Source: Utricularia gibba | Taxonomy: Eukaryota; Plantae; Magnoliophyta | DNA: 64,000 nucleotides | Direction: 5' to 3' | NCBI GenBank assembly: GCA_002189035.1 | Contig: NEEC01000197.1 | Location: 1 to 64,000, forward strand | Shown here: in pieces, positions 39,590 through 52,678 of the stretch | Position numbering within the stretch: the first letter of the stretch is position 1 | Layout: each line of letters opens with the position of its first letter | Position numbers and translations under genes: made by a program | The notes under the pieces: model-generated | Database searches by the model: none | The model's input: the letters and a program-made list of their open reading frames with translations, nothing else | Told to the model about the DNA's origin: nothing

Positions 39590-40990
39590 TCAGTTGTAGC
39601 CCGGAAAATAAGTGATGCATTTATCAACGTTGGGTTTTCGGCGGCTGCCTGAATGGTTTTTCAAGCAATAGCTTGCCATTTTAAGGCGGGTGCTGTCGTT
39701 GGCAGCTTTGTAAGGGCCCAAGGTTCGGTCTGGCTCCTGAGCCCAATCGGGTGCTACTCGATGAAAATCGTGATGCATTTTTTGAAGTTAGGATGTCATG
39801 AGCACCCCAAATGGTTTTCTCAACAACCTGATTTATATTTGAGGAGGCGCTCTAGGCTGGCACTAGTATCGAGCAAATGGTCGAGTCGCGCTCTGGCCCA
39901 TAGTCATTTGTAGCCCGGCCAAAAAAGTGATGCATTTATTAACGTTGGGTTTTCGGCGGCTGCCTACATGCTTTTTTCGAGGAAAAGTTGTCGTTTTTTT
40001 GCGGGTGCTGTTGTTGGGAACTTCGTCCGGACCCAAGGTCGGTCTGACTTCACAGCACAATCCGATCCCATTCGACGAAAATCGTGACACCTTTATTGAA
40101 GTTAGGATCTCATGACCACCCCAAATGGTTTTTTCAACAGCATGCTTACACTTGACAAGGCGCTTTTGTGGGTCACCGAGATCGGGCCGGATTCGGGTCG
40201 GGCTTGAGCCCATAGTCAGCTGTAGCCCGGCAAAAGAAGTGATGCATTTATTAACGTTGGGTTGTCGGCGGCTGCCCACATGGTTTTTCAAGCAACAGCT
40301 TGCCATTTAAAGGCGGGTGCTGTCGTTGGGAGCTTTGTCCGGCCCGAGATTCGGTCTGGCTACTAAGCCCAATCGGGTCGCACTCGACGAAAATCGTAAC
40401 GCATTTGATGTAGTTAGGATGTCATGAGAACCCAATGGGTTTTCTCAACACTCTGCTATATATTTGAGAAGGCGCAGGGTTTCGGGATTGGGCCAGAGGT
40501 CGGGTCGGGCTCAGGCCAATAGTCAGTTGTAGCCCGGAAAATAAGTGATGCATTTATCAACGATGGGTTTTCGGCGGCTGCCTAAATGGTTTTTCAAGCA
40601 ACAGCTTGCCGTTTTAAGGTGGGTGCTGTAGTTGGAGCTTTGTCAGGGCCCGAGATTCGGTCTGGCTACTAAGCCCAATCGGGTCGTACTCGACGAAATC
40701 GTAATGCATTTGCTTTAGTTAGGATGTCATGAGAACCCCAATGGGTTTTCTCAACACTCTGCTTATATTTGAGAAGGCGGGGGGTTTCGGGATTGGGCCA
40801 GAGGTCGGGTCGGGCTCAGGCCAATAGTCAGTTGTAGCCCGGAAAATAAGTGATGCATTTATCAACGATGGGTTTTCGGCGGCTGCCTAAATGGTTTTTC
40901 AAGCAACAGCTTGCCGTTTCTCTTTGTCAGGTTCACTGGGTCGTACTCGGTAATGCATTTGCTCATTTGGCGCTCAAGAATGGCCCATAG
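39590..40990. repeat. 5-monomer HOR variant A-B-C-D*-D, last D collapsed to ~158 bp
   Basis: A-to-A distance 1401 bp; extra D-type start at ~40833; degraded sequence at 40911-40980. Confidence 0.7.
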
Positions 40991-43900
40991 TCAGTTGTAG
41001 CCCGGAAAATAAGTGATGCATTTATCAACGTTGGGTTTTCGGCGGCTGCCTGAATGGTTTTTCAAGCAATAGCTTGCCATTTTAAGGCGGGTGCTGTCGT
41101 TGGCAGCTTTGTAAGGGCCCAAGGTTCGGTCTGGCTCCTGAGCCCAATCGGGTGCTACTCGATGAAAATCGTGATGCATTTTTTGAAGTTAGGATGTCAT
41201 GAGCACCCCAAATGGTTTTCTCAACAACCTGATTTATATTTGAGGAGGCGCTCTAGGCTGGCACTAGTATCGAGCAAATGGTCGAGTCGCGCTCTGGCCC
41301 ATAGTCATTTGTAGCCCGGCCAAAAAAGTGATGCATTTATTAACGTTGGGTTTTCGGCGGCTGCCTACATGCTTTTTTCGAGGAAAAGTTGTCGTTTTTT
41401 TGCGGGTGCTGTTGTTGGGAACTTCGTCCGGACCCAAGGTCGGTCTGACTTCACAGCACAATCCGATCCCATTCGACGAAAATCGTGACACCTTTATTGA
41501 AGTTAGGATCTCATGACCACCCCAAATGGTTTTTTCAACAGCATGCTTTACACTTGACAAGGCTTTTGTGGGTCACCGAGATCGGGCCGGATTCGGGTCG
41601 GGCTTGAGCCCAAGTCAGCTGTAGCCCGGCAAAAGAAGTGATGCATTTATTAACGTTGGGTTGTCGGCGGCTGCCCACATGGTTTGTCAAGCAACAGCTT
41701 GCCATTTAAAGGCGGGTGCTGTCGTTGGGAGCTTTGTCCGGCCCGAGATTCGGTCTGGCTACTAAGCCCAATCGGGTCGCACTCGACGAAAATCGTAACG
41801 CATTTGATGTAGTTAGGATGTCATGAGAACCCCAATGGGTTTTCTCAACACTCTGCTATATATTTGAGAAGGCGCCCTCGGAGGGTTTCGGGATTGGGCC
41901 AGAGGTCGGGTCGGGCTCAGGCCAATAGTCAGTTGTAGCCCGGAAAATAAGTGATGCATTTATCAACGATGGGTTTTCGGCGGCTGCCTAAATGGTTTTT
42001 CAAGCAACAGCTTGCCGTTTTAAGGTGGGTGCTGTAGTTGGGAGCTTTGTCAGGGCCCGAGATTCGGTCTGGCTACTAAGCCCAATCGGGTCGTACTCGA
42101 CGAAATCGTAATGCATTTGCTTTAGTTAGGATGTCATGAGAACCCCAACGGGTTTTCTCAACACTCTACTTTATATTTCAGAAGGCGCTCTTGGGGGGTT
42201 TCGGGATTGGGCCAGAGGTCGGGTCGGGCTATGGCCCATAGTCAGTTGTAGCCCGGAAAATAAGTGATGCATTTATCAACGTTGGGTTTTCGGCGGCTGC
42301 CTGAATGGTTTTTCAAGCAATAGCTTGCCATTTTAAGGCGGGTGCTGTCGTTGGCAGCTTTGTAAGGGCCCAAGGTTCGGTCTGGCTCCTGAGCCCAATC
42401 GGGTGCTACTCGATGAAAATCGTGATGCATTTTTTGAAGTTAGGATGTCATGAGCACCCCAAATGGTTTTCTCAACAACCTGATTTATATTTGAGGAGGC
42501 GCTCTAGGCTGGCACTAGTATCGAGCAAATGGTCGAGTCGCGCTCTGGCCCATAGTCATTTGTAGCCCGGCCAAAAAAGTGATGCATTTATTAACGTTGG
42601 GTTTTCGGCGGCTGCCTACATGCTTTTTTCGAGGAAAAGTTGTCGTTTTTTTGCGGGTGCTGTTGTTGGGAACTTCGTCCGGACCCAAGGTTCGGTCTGA
42701 CTTCACAGCACAATCCGATCCCATTCGACGAAAATCGTGACACCTTTATGAAGTTAGGATCTCATGACCACCCCAAATGGTTTTTTCAACAGCATGCTTT
42801 ACACTTGACAAGGCGCTTTTGTGGGTCACCGAGATCGGGCCGGATTCGGGTCGGGCTTGAGCCCAAAGTCAGCTGTAGCCCGGCAAAAGAAGTGATGCAT
42901 TTATTAACGTTGGGTTGTCGGCGGCTGCCCACATGGTTTGTCAAGCAATAGCTTGCCATTTAAAGTCGGGTGCTGTCGTTGGGAGCTTTGTCCGGCCCGA
43001 GATTCGGTCTGGCTACTAAGCCCAATCGGGTCGCACTCGACGAAAATCGTAACGCATTTGATGTAGTTAGGATGTCATGAGAACCCCAATGGGTTTTCTC
43101 AACACTCTGCTATATATTTGAGAAGGCGCCCTCGGAGGGTTTCGGGATTGGGCCAGAGGTCGGGTCGGGCTCAGGCCAATAGTCAGTTGTAGCCCGGAAA
43201 ATAAGTGATGCATTTATCAACGATGGGTTTTCGGCGGCTGCCTAAATGGTTTTTCAAGCAACAGCTTGCCGTTTTAAGGTGGGTGCTGTAGTTGGGAGCT
43301 TTGTCAGGGCCCGAGATTCGGTCTGGCTACTAAGCCCAATCGGGTCGTACTCGACGAAATCGTAATGCATTTGCTTTAGTTAGGATGTCATGAGAACCCC
43401 AACGGGTTTTCTCAACACTCTACTTTATATTTCAGAAGGCGCTCTTGGGGGGTTTCGGGATTGGGCCAGAGGTCGGGTCGGGCTATGGCCCATAGTCAGT
43501 TGTAGCCCGGAAAATAAGTGATGCATTTATCAACGTTGGGTTTTCGGCGGCTGCCTGAATGGTTTTTCAAGCAATAGCTTGCCATTTTAAGGCGGGTGCT
43601 GTCGTTGGCAGCTTTGTAAGGGCCCAAGGTTCGGTCTGGCTCCTGAGCCCAATCGGGTGCTACTCGATGAAAATCGTGATGCATTTTTTGAAGTTAGGAT
43701 GTCATGAGCACCCCAAATGGTTTTCTCAACAACCTGATTTATATTTGAGGAGGCGCTCTAGGCTGGCACTAGTATCGAGCAAATGGTCGAGTCGCGCTCT
43801 GGCCCATAGTCATTTGTAGCCCGGCCAAAAAAGTGATGCATTTATTAACGTTGGGTTTTCGGCGGCTGCCTACATGCTTTTTTCGAGGAAAAGTTGTCGT

Positions 43901-44747
43901 TTTTTTGCGGGTGCTGTTGTTGGGAACTTCGTCCGGACCCAAGGACGGTCTGACTTCACAGCACAATCCGATCCCATTCGACGAAATCGTGATGCCTTTA
44001 TTGAAGTTAGGATCTCATGACCACCCCAAATGGTTTTTTCAACAGCATGCTTTACACTTGACAAGGCGCTTTTGTGGGTCACCGAGATCGGGCCGGATTC
44101 GGGTCGGGCTTGAGCCCAAAGTCAGCTGTAGCCCGGCAAAAGAAGTGATGCATTTATTAACGTTGGGTTGTCGGCGGCTGCCCACATGGTTTGTCAAGCA
44201 ATAGCTTGCCATTTAAAGTCGGGTGCTGTCGTTGGGAGCTTTGTCCGGCCCGAGATTCGGTCTGGCTACTAAGCCCAATCGGGTCGCACTCGACGAAAAT
44301 CGTAACGCATTTGATGTAGTTAGGATGTCATGAGAACCCCAATGGGTTTTCTCAACACTCTGCTATATATTTGAGAAGGCGCCCTCGGAGGGTTTCGGGA
44401 TTGGGCCAGAGGTCGGGTCGGGCTCAGGCCAATAGTCAGTTGTAGCCCGGAAAATAAGTGATGCATTTATCAACGATGGGTTTTCGGCGGCTGCCTAAAT
44501 GGTTTTTCAAGCAACAGCTTGCCGTTTTAAGGTGGGTGCTGTAGTTGGGAGCTTTGTCAGGGCCCGAGATTCGGTCTGGCTACTAAGCCCAATCGGGTCG
44601 TACTCGACGAAATCGTAATGCATTTGCTTTAGTTAGGATGTCATGAGAACCCCAACGGGTTTTCTCAACACTCTACTTTATATTTCAGAAGGCGCTCTTG
44701 GGGGTTTCGGGATTGGGCCAGAGGTCGGGTCGGGCTATGGCCCATAG

Positions 44748-46262
44748 TCAGTTGTAGCCCGGAAAATAAGTGATGCATTTATCAACGTTGGGTTTTCGGC
44801 GGCTGCCTGAATGGTTTTTCAAGCAATAGCTTGCCATTTTAAGGCGGGTGCTGTCGTTGGCAGCTTTGTAAGGGCCCAAGGTTCGGTCTGGCTCCTGAGC
44901 CCAATCGGGTGCTACTCGATGAAAATCGTGATGCATTTTTTGAAGTTAGGATGTCATGAGCACCCCAAATGGTTTTCTCAACAACCTGATTTATATTTGA
45001 GGAGGCGCTCTAGGCTGGCACTAGTATCGAGCAAATGGTCGAGTCGCGCTCTGGCCCATAGTCATTTGTAGCCCGGCCAAAAAAGTGATGCATTTATTAA
45101 CGTTGGGTTTTCGGCGGCTGCCTACATGCTTTTTTCGAGGAAAAGTTGTCGTTTTTTTGCGGGTGCTGTTGTTGGGAACTTCGTCCGGACCCAAGGTCGG
45201 TCTGACTTCACAGCACAATCCGATCCCATTCGACGAAAATCGTGATGCCTTTATTGAAGTTAGGATCTCATGACCACCCCAAATGGTTTTTTCAACAGCA
45301 TGCTTTACACTTGACAAGGCGCTTTTGTGGGTCACCGAGATCGGGCCGGATTCGGGTCGGGCTTGAGCCCAAGTCAGCTGTAGCCCGGCAAAAGAAGTGA
45401 TGCATTTATTAACGTTGGGTTGTCGGCGGCACATGGTTTTCAAGCAATAGCTTGCCATTTAAAGTCGGGTGCTGTCGTTGGGAGCTTTGTCCGGCCCGAG
45501 ATTCGGTCTGGCTACTAAGCCCAATCGGGTCGCACTCGACGAAAATCGTAACGCATTTGATGTAGTTAGGATGTCATGAGAACCCAATGGGTTTTCTCAA
45601 CACTCTGCTATATATTTGAGAAGGCGCGGGTTTCGGGATTGGGCCAGAGGTCGGGTCGGGCTCAGGCCAATAGTCAGTTGTAGCCCGGAAAATAAGTGAT
45701 GCATTTATCAACGATGGTTTTCGGCGGCTGCCTAAATGGTTTTTCAAGCAGCTTGCCGTTTCTTTGTCAGGGCCGAGATTCGGTCTGGCTACTAAGCCCA
45801 ATCGGGTCGTACTCGACGAAATCGTAATGCATTTGCTTAGTTAGGATGTCATGAGAACCCCAATGGGTTTTCTCAACACTCTGCTTATATTTGAGAAGGC
45901 GCTCTCGGAGGGTTTCGGGATTGGGCCAGAGGTCGGGTCGGGCTCAGGCCAATAGTCAGTTGTAGCCCGGAAAATAAGTGATGCATTTATCAACGATGGT
46001 TTTCGGCGGCTGCCTAAATGGTTTTTCAAGCAACAGCTTGCCGTTTTAAGGTGGGTGCGTTGGGAGCTTTGTCAGGGCCCGAGATTCGGTCTGGCTACTA
46101 AGCCCAATCGGGTCGTACTCGACGAAATCGTAATGCATTTGCTTTAGTTAGGATGTCATGAGAACCCCAACGGGTTTTCTCAACACTCTACTTTATATTT
46201 CAGAAGGCGCTCTTGGGGGTTTCGGGATTGGGCCAGAGGTCGGGTCGGGCTATGGCCCATAG
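44748..46262. repeat. 5-monomer HOR variant A-B-C-D*-D
   Basis: A-to-A distance 1515 bp; two consecutive D-type monomers (~45672 and ~45953), the first ending in C-type CTCTGCTTATATTTGAGAAGGCGCTCTCGGAGG. Confidence 0.8.
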
Positions 46263-49200
46263 TCAGTTGTAGCCCGGAAAATAAGTGATGCATTTATCAA
46301 CGTTGGGTTTTCGGCGGCTGCCTGAATGGTTTTTCAAGCAATAGCTTGCCATTTTAAGGCGGGTGCTGTCGTTGGCAGCTTTGTAAGGGCCCAAGGTTCG
46401 GTCTGGCTCCTGAGCCCAATCGGGTGCTACTCGATGAAAATCGTGATGCATTTTTTGAAGTTAGGATGTCATGAGCACCCCAAATGGTTTTCTCAACAAC
46501 CTGATTTATATTTGAGGAGGCGCTCTAGGCTGGCACTAGTATCGAGCAAATGGTCGAGTCGCGCTCTGGCCCATAGTCATTTGTAGCCCGGCCAAAAAAG
46601 TGATGCATTTATTAACGTTGGGTTTTCGGCGGCTGCCTACATGCTTTTTTCGAGGAAAAGTTGTCGTTTTTTTGCGGGTGCTGTTGTTGGGAACTTCGTC
46701 CGGACCCAAGGATCGGTCTGACTTCACAGCACAATCCGATCCCATTCGACGAAATCGTGATGCCTTTATTGAAGTTAGGATCTCATGACCACCCCAAATG
46801 GTTTTTTCAACAGCATGCTTTACACTTGACAAGGCGCTTTTGTGGGTCACCGAGATCGGGCCGGATTCGGGTCGGGCTTGAGCCCAAGTCAGCTGTAGCC
46901 CGGCAAAAGAAGTGATGCATTTATTAACGTTGGGTTGTCGGCGGCTGCCCACATGGTTTTCAAGCAACAGCTTGCCATTTAAAGGCGGGTGCTGTCGTTG
47001 GGAGCTTTGTCCGGCCCGAGATTCGGTCTGGCTACTAAGCCCAATCGGGTCGCACTCGACGAAAATCGTAACGCATTTGATGTAGTTAGGATGTCATGAG
47101 AACCCCAATGGGTTTTCTCAACACTCTGCTATATATTTGAGAAGGCGCCCTCGGAGGGTTTCGGGATTGGGCCAGAGGTCGGGTCGGGCTCAGGCCAATA
47201 GTCAGTTGTAGCCCGGAAAATAAGTGATGCATTTATCAACGATGGGTTTTCGGCGGCTGCCTAAATGGTTTTTCAAGCAACAGCTTGCCGTTTTAAGGTG
47301 GGTGCTGTAGTTGGGAGCTTTGTCAGGGCCCGAGATTCGGTCTGGCTACTAAGCCCAATCGGGTCGTACTCGACGAAATCGTAATGCATTTGCTTTAGTT
47401 AGGATGTCATGAGAACCCCAACGGGTTTTCTCAACACTCTACTTTATATTTCAGAAGGCGCTCTTGGGGGTTTCGGGATTGGGCCAGAGGTCGGGTCGGG
47501 CTATGGCCCATAGTCAGTTGTAGCCCGGAAAATAAGTGATGCATTTATCAACGTTGGGTTTTCGGCGGCTGCCTGAATGGTTTTTCAAGCAATAGCTTGC
47601 CATTTTAAGGCGGGTGCTGTCGTTGGCAGCTTTGTAAGGGCCCAAGGTTCGGTCTGGCTCCTGAGCCCAATCGGGTGCTACTCGATGAAAATCGTGATGC
47701 ATTTTTTGAAGTTAGGATGTCATGAGCACCCCAAATGGTTTTCTCAACAACCTGATTTATATTTGAGGAGGCGCTCTAGGCTGGCACTAGTATCGAGCAA
47801 ATGGTCGAGTCGCGCTCTGGCCCATAGTCATTTGTAGCCCGGCCAAAAAAGTGATGCATTTATTAACGTTGGGTTTTCGGCGGCTGCCTACATGCTTTTT
47901 TCGAGGAAAAGTTGTCGTTTTTTTGCGGGTGCTGTTGTTGGGAACTTCGTCCGGACCCAAGGTCGGTCTGACTTCACAGCACAATCCGATCCCATTCGAC
48001 GAAATCGTGATGCCTTTATTGAAGTTAGGATCTCATGACCACCCCAAATGGTTTTTTCAACAGCATGCTTTACACTTGACAAGGCGCTTTTGTGGGTCAC
48101 CGAGATCGGGCCGGATTCGGGTCGGGCTTGAGCCCAAAGTCAGCTGTAGCCCGGCAAAAGAAGTGATGCATTTATTAACGTTGGGTTGTCGGCGGCTGCC
48201 CACATGGTTTGTCAAGCAATAGCTTGCCATTTAAAGTCGGGTGCTGTCGTTGGGAGCTTTGTCCGGCCCGAGATTCGGTCTGGCTACTAAGCCCAATCGG
48301 GTCGCACTCGACGAAAATCGTAACGCATTTGATGTAGTTAGGATGTCATGAGAACCCCAATGGGTTTTCTCAACACTCTGCTATATATTTGAGAAGGCGC
48401 CCTCGGAGGGTTTCGGGATTGGGCCAGAGGTCGGGTCGGGCTCAGGCCAATAGTCAGTTGTAGCCCGGAAAATAAGTGATGCATTTATCAACGATGGGTT
48501 TTCGGCGGCTGCCTAAATGGTTTTTCAAGCAACAGCTTGCCGTTTTAAGGTGGGTGCTGTAGTTGGGAGCTTTGTCAGGGCCCGAGATTCGGTCTGGCTA
48601 CTAAGCCCAATCGGGTCGTACTCGACGAAATCGTAATGCATTTGCTTTAGTTAGGATGTCATGAGAACCCCAACGGGTTTTCTCAACACTCTACTTTATA
48701 TTTCAGAAGGCGCTCTTGGGGGTTTCGGGATTGGGCCAGAGGTCGGGTCGGGCTATGGCCCATAGTCAGTTGTAGCCCGGAAAATAAGTGATGCATTTAT
48801 CAACGTTGGGTTTTCGGCGGCTGCCTGAATGGTTTTTCAAGCAATAGCTTGCCATTTTAAGGCGGGTGCTGTCGTTGGCAGCTTTGTAAGGGCCCAAGGT
48901 TCGGTCTGGCTCCTGAGCCCAATCGGGTGCTACTCGATGAAAATCGTGATGCATTTTTTGAAGTTAGGATGTCATGAGCACCCCAAATGGTTTTCTCAAC
49001 AACCTGATTTATATTTGAGGAGGCGCTCTAGGCTGGCACTAGTATCGAGCAAATGGTCGAGTCGCGCTCTGGCCCATAGTCATTTGTAGCCCGGCCAAAA
49101 AAGTGATGCATTTATTAACGTTGGGTTTTCGGCGGCTGCCTACATGCTTTTTTCGAGGAAAAGTTGTCGTTTTTTTGCGGGTGCTGTTGTTGGGAACTTC

Positions 49201-51279
49201 GTCCGGACCCAAGGATCGGTCTGACTTCACAGCACAATCCGATCCCATTCGACGAAATCGTGATGCCTTTATTGAAGTTAGGATCTCATGACCACCCCAA
49301 ATGGTTTTTTCAACAGCATGCTTTACACTTGACAAGGCGCTTTTGTGGGTCACCGAGATCGGGCCGGATTCGGGTCGGGCTTGAGCCCAAAGTCAGCTGT
49401 AGCCCGGCAAAAGAAGTGATGCATTTATTAACGTTGGGTTGTCGGCGGCTGCCCACATGGTTTGTCAAGCAATAGCTTGCCATTTAAAGCGGGTGCTGTC
49501 GTTGGGAGCTTTGTCCGGCCCGAGATTCGGTCTGGCTACTAAGCCCAATCGGGTCGCACTCGACGAAAATCGTAACGCATTTGATGTAGTTAGGATGTCA
49601 TGAGAACCCCAATGGGTTTTCTCAACACTCTGCTATATATTTGAGAAGGCGCCCTCGGAGGGTTTCGGGATTGGGCCAGAGGTCGGGTCGGGCTCAGGCC
49701 AATAGTCAGTTGTAGCCCGGAAAATAAGTGATGCATTTATCAACGATGGGTTTTCGGCGGCTGCCTAAATGGTTTTTCAAGCAACAGCTTGCCGTTTTAA
49801 GGTGGGTGCTGTAGTTGGGAGCTTTGTCAGGGCCCGAGATTCGGTCTGGCTACTAAGCCCAATCGGGTCGTACTCGACGAAATCGTAATGCATTTGCTTT
49901 TAGTGCTTGTAGTTAGGATGTCGGAGAACCCCAACGGGTTTTCTCAACACTCTACTTTATATTTCAGAAGGCGCTCTGGGGGGTTTCGGGATTGGGCCAG
50001 AGGTCGGGTCGGGCTATGGCCCATAGTCAGTTGTAGCCCGGAAAATAAGTGATGCATTTATCAACGTTGGGTTTTCGGCGGCTGCCTGAATGGTTTTTCA
50101 AGCAATAGCTTGCCATTTTAAGGCGGGTGCTGTCGTTGGCAGCTTTGTAAGGGCCCAAGGTTCGGTCTGGCTCCTGAGCCCAATCGGGTGCTACTCGATG
50201 AAAATCGTGATGCATTTTTTGAAGTTAGGATGTCATGAGCACCCCAAATGGTTTTCTCAACAACCTGATTTATATTTGAGGAGGCGCTCTAGGCTGGCAC
50301 TAGTATCGAGCAAATGGTCGAGTCGCGCTCTGGCCCATAGTCATTTGTAGCCCGGCCAAAAAAGATGCATTTATTAACGTTGGGTTTTCGGCGGCTGCCT
50401 ACATGCTTTTTTCGAGGAAAAGTTGTCGTTTTTTTGCGGGTGCTGTTGTTGGGAACTTCGTCCGGACCCAAGGATCGGTCTGACTTCACAGCACAATCCG
50501 ATCCCATTCGACGTAAATCGTGATGCCTTTATTGAAGTTAGGATCTCATGACCACCCCAAATGGTTTTTTCAACAGCATGCTTTACACTTGACAAGGCGC
50601 TTTTGTGGGTCACCGAGATCGGGCCGGATTCGGGTCGGGCTTGAGCCCAAAGTCAGCTGTAGCCCGGCAAAAGAAGTGATGCATTTATTAACGTTGGGTT
50701 GTCGGCGGCTGCCCACATGGTTTGTCAAGCAATAGCTTGCCATTTAAAGTCGGGTGCTGTCGTTGGGAGCTTTGTCCGGCCCGAGATTCGGTCTGGCTAC
50801 TAAGCCCAATCGGGTCGCACTCGACGAAAATCGTAACGCATTTGATGTAGTTAGGATGTCATGAGAACCCCAATGGGTTTTCTCAACACTCTGCTATATA
50901 TTTGAGAAGGCGCCCTCGGAGGGTTTCGGGATTGGGCCAGAGGTCGGGTCGGGCTCAGGCCAATAGTCAGTTGTAGCCCGGAAAATAAGTGATGCATTTA
51001 TCAACGATGGGTTTTCGGCGGCTGCCTAAATGGTTTTTCAAGCAACAGCTTGCCGTTTTAAGGTGGGTGCTGTAGTTGGGAGCTTGTCAGGGCCCGAGAT
51101 TCGGTCTGGCTACTAAGCCCAATCGGGTCGTACTCGACGAAATCGTAATGCATTTTGCTTTAGTTAGGATGTCATGAGAACCCCAACGGGTTTTCTCAAC
51201 ACTCTACTTTATATTTCAGAAGGCGCTCTTGGGGGGTTTCGGGATTGGGCCAGAGGTCGGGTCGGGCTATGGCCCATAG

Positions 51280-52678
51280 TCAGTTGTAGCCCGGAAAATA
51301 AGTGATGCATTTATCAACGTTGGGTTTTCGGCGGCTGCCTGAATGGTTTTTCAAGCAATAGCTTGCCATTTTAAGGCGGGTGCTGTCGTTGGCAGCTTTG
51401 TAAGGGCCCAAGGTTCGGTCTGGCTCCTGAGCCCAATCGGGTGCTACTCGATGAAAATCGTGATGCATTTTTTGAAGTTAGGATGTCATGAGCACCCCAA
51501 ATGGTTTTCTCAACAACCTGATTTATATTTGAGGAGGCGCTCTAGGCTGGCACTAGTATCGAGCAAATGGTCGAGTCGCGCTCTGGCCCATAGTCATTTG
51601 TAGCCCGGCCAAAAAAGTGATGCATTTATTAACGTTGGGTTTTCGGCGGCTGCCTACATGCTTTTTTCGAGGAAAAGTTGTCGTTTTTTTGCGGGTGCTG
51701 TTGTTGGGAACTTCGTCCGGACCCAAGGTTCGGTCTGACTTCACAGCACAATCCGATCCCATTCGACGAAAATCGTGACACCTTTATTGAAGTTAGGATC
51801 TCATGACCACCCCAAATGGTTTTTTCAACAGCATGCTTTACACTTGACAAGGCGCTTTTGTGGGTCACCGAGATCGGGCCGGATTCGGGTCGGGCTTGAG
51901 CCCAAGTCAGCTGTAGCCCGGCAAAAGAAGTGATGCATTTATTAACGTTGGGTTGTCGGCGGCTGCCCACATGGTTTTTCAAGCAACAGCTTGCCATTTA
52001 AAGGCGGGTGCTGTCGTTGGGAGCTTTGTCCGGCCCGAGACTAAGCCCAATCGGGTCTCGACGAAAATCGTAACGCATTTGATGTAGTTAGGATGTCATG
52101 AGAACCCAATGGGTTTTCTCAACACTCTGCTATATATTTGTCGCGGATTGGGCCAGAGGTCGGGTCGGGCTCAGGCGTCAGTTGGGAAAATAAGTGATGC
52201 GCAAATGGTTTTTCTTAAAGCTTTGTCATTCGGTCTGGCTACTAAGAATCGACTCGACGAAATCGTAATGCCATGATGGGTTTTCTCAACACTCTGCTAT
52301 ATATTTGAGAAGGCGCCCTCGGGGTTTCGGGATTGGGCCAGAGGTCGGGTCGGGCTCAGGCCAATAGTCAGTTGTAGCCCGGAAAATAAGTGATGCATTT
52401 ATCAACGATGGGTTTTCGGCGGCTGCCTAAATGGTTTTTCAAGCAACAGCTTGCCGTTTTAAGGTGGGTGCTGTGTTGGGAGCTTTGTCAGGGCCCGAGA
52501 TTCGGTCTGGCTACTAAGCCCAATCGGGTCGTACTCGACGAAATCGTAATGCATTTGCTTTAGTTAGGATGTCATGAGAACCCCAACGGGTTTTCTCAAC
52601 ACTCTACTTTATATTTCAGAAGGCGCTCTTGGGGGTTTCGGGATTGGGCCAGAGGTCGGGTCGGGCTATGGCCCATAG
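51280..52678. repeat. 5-monomer HOR variant with collapsed extra D
   Basis: A-to-A distance 1399 bp; heavily deleted segment at ~52040-52320 followed by an intact D. Confidence 0.7.
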
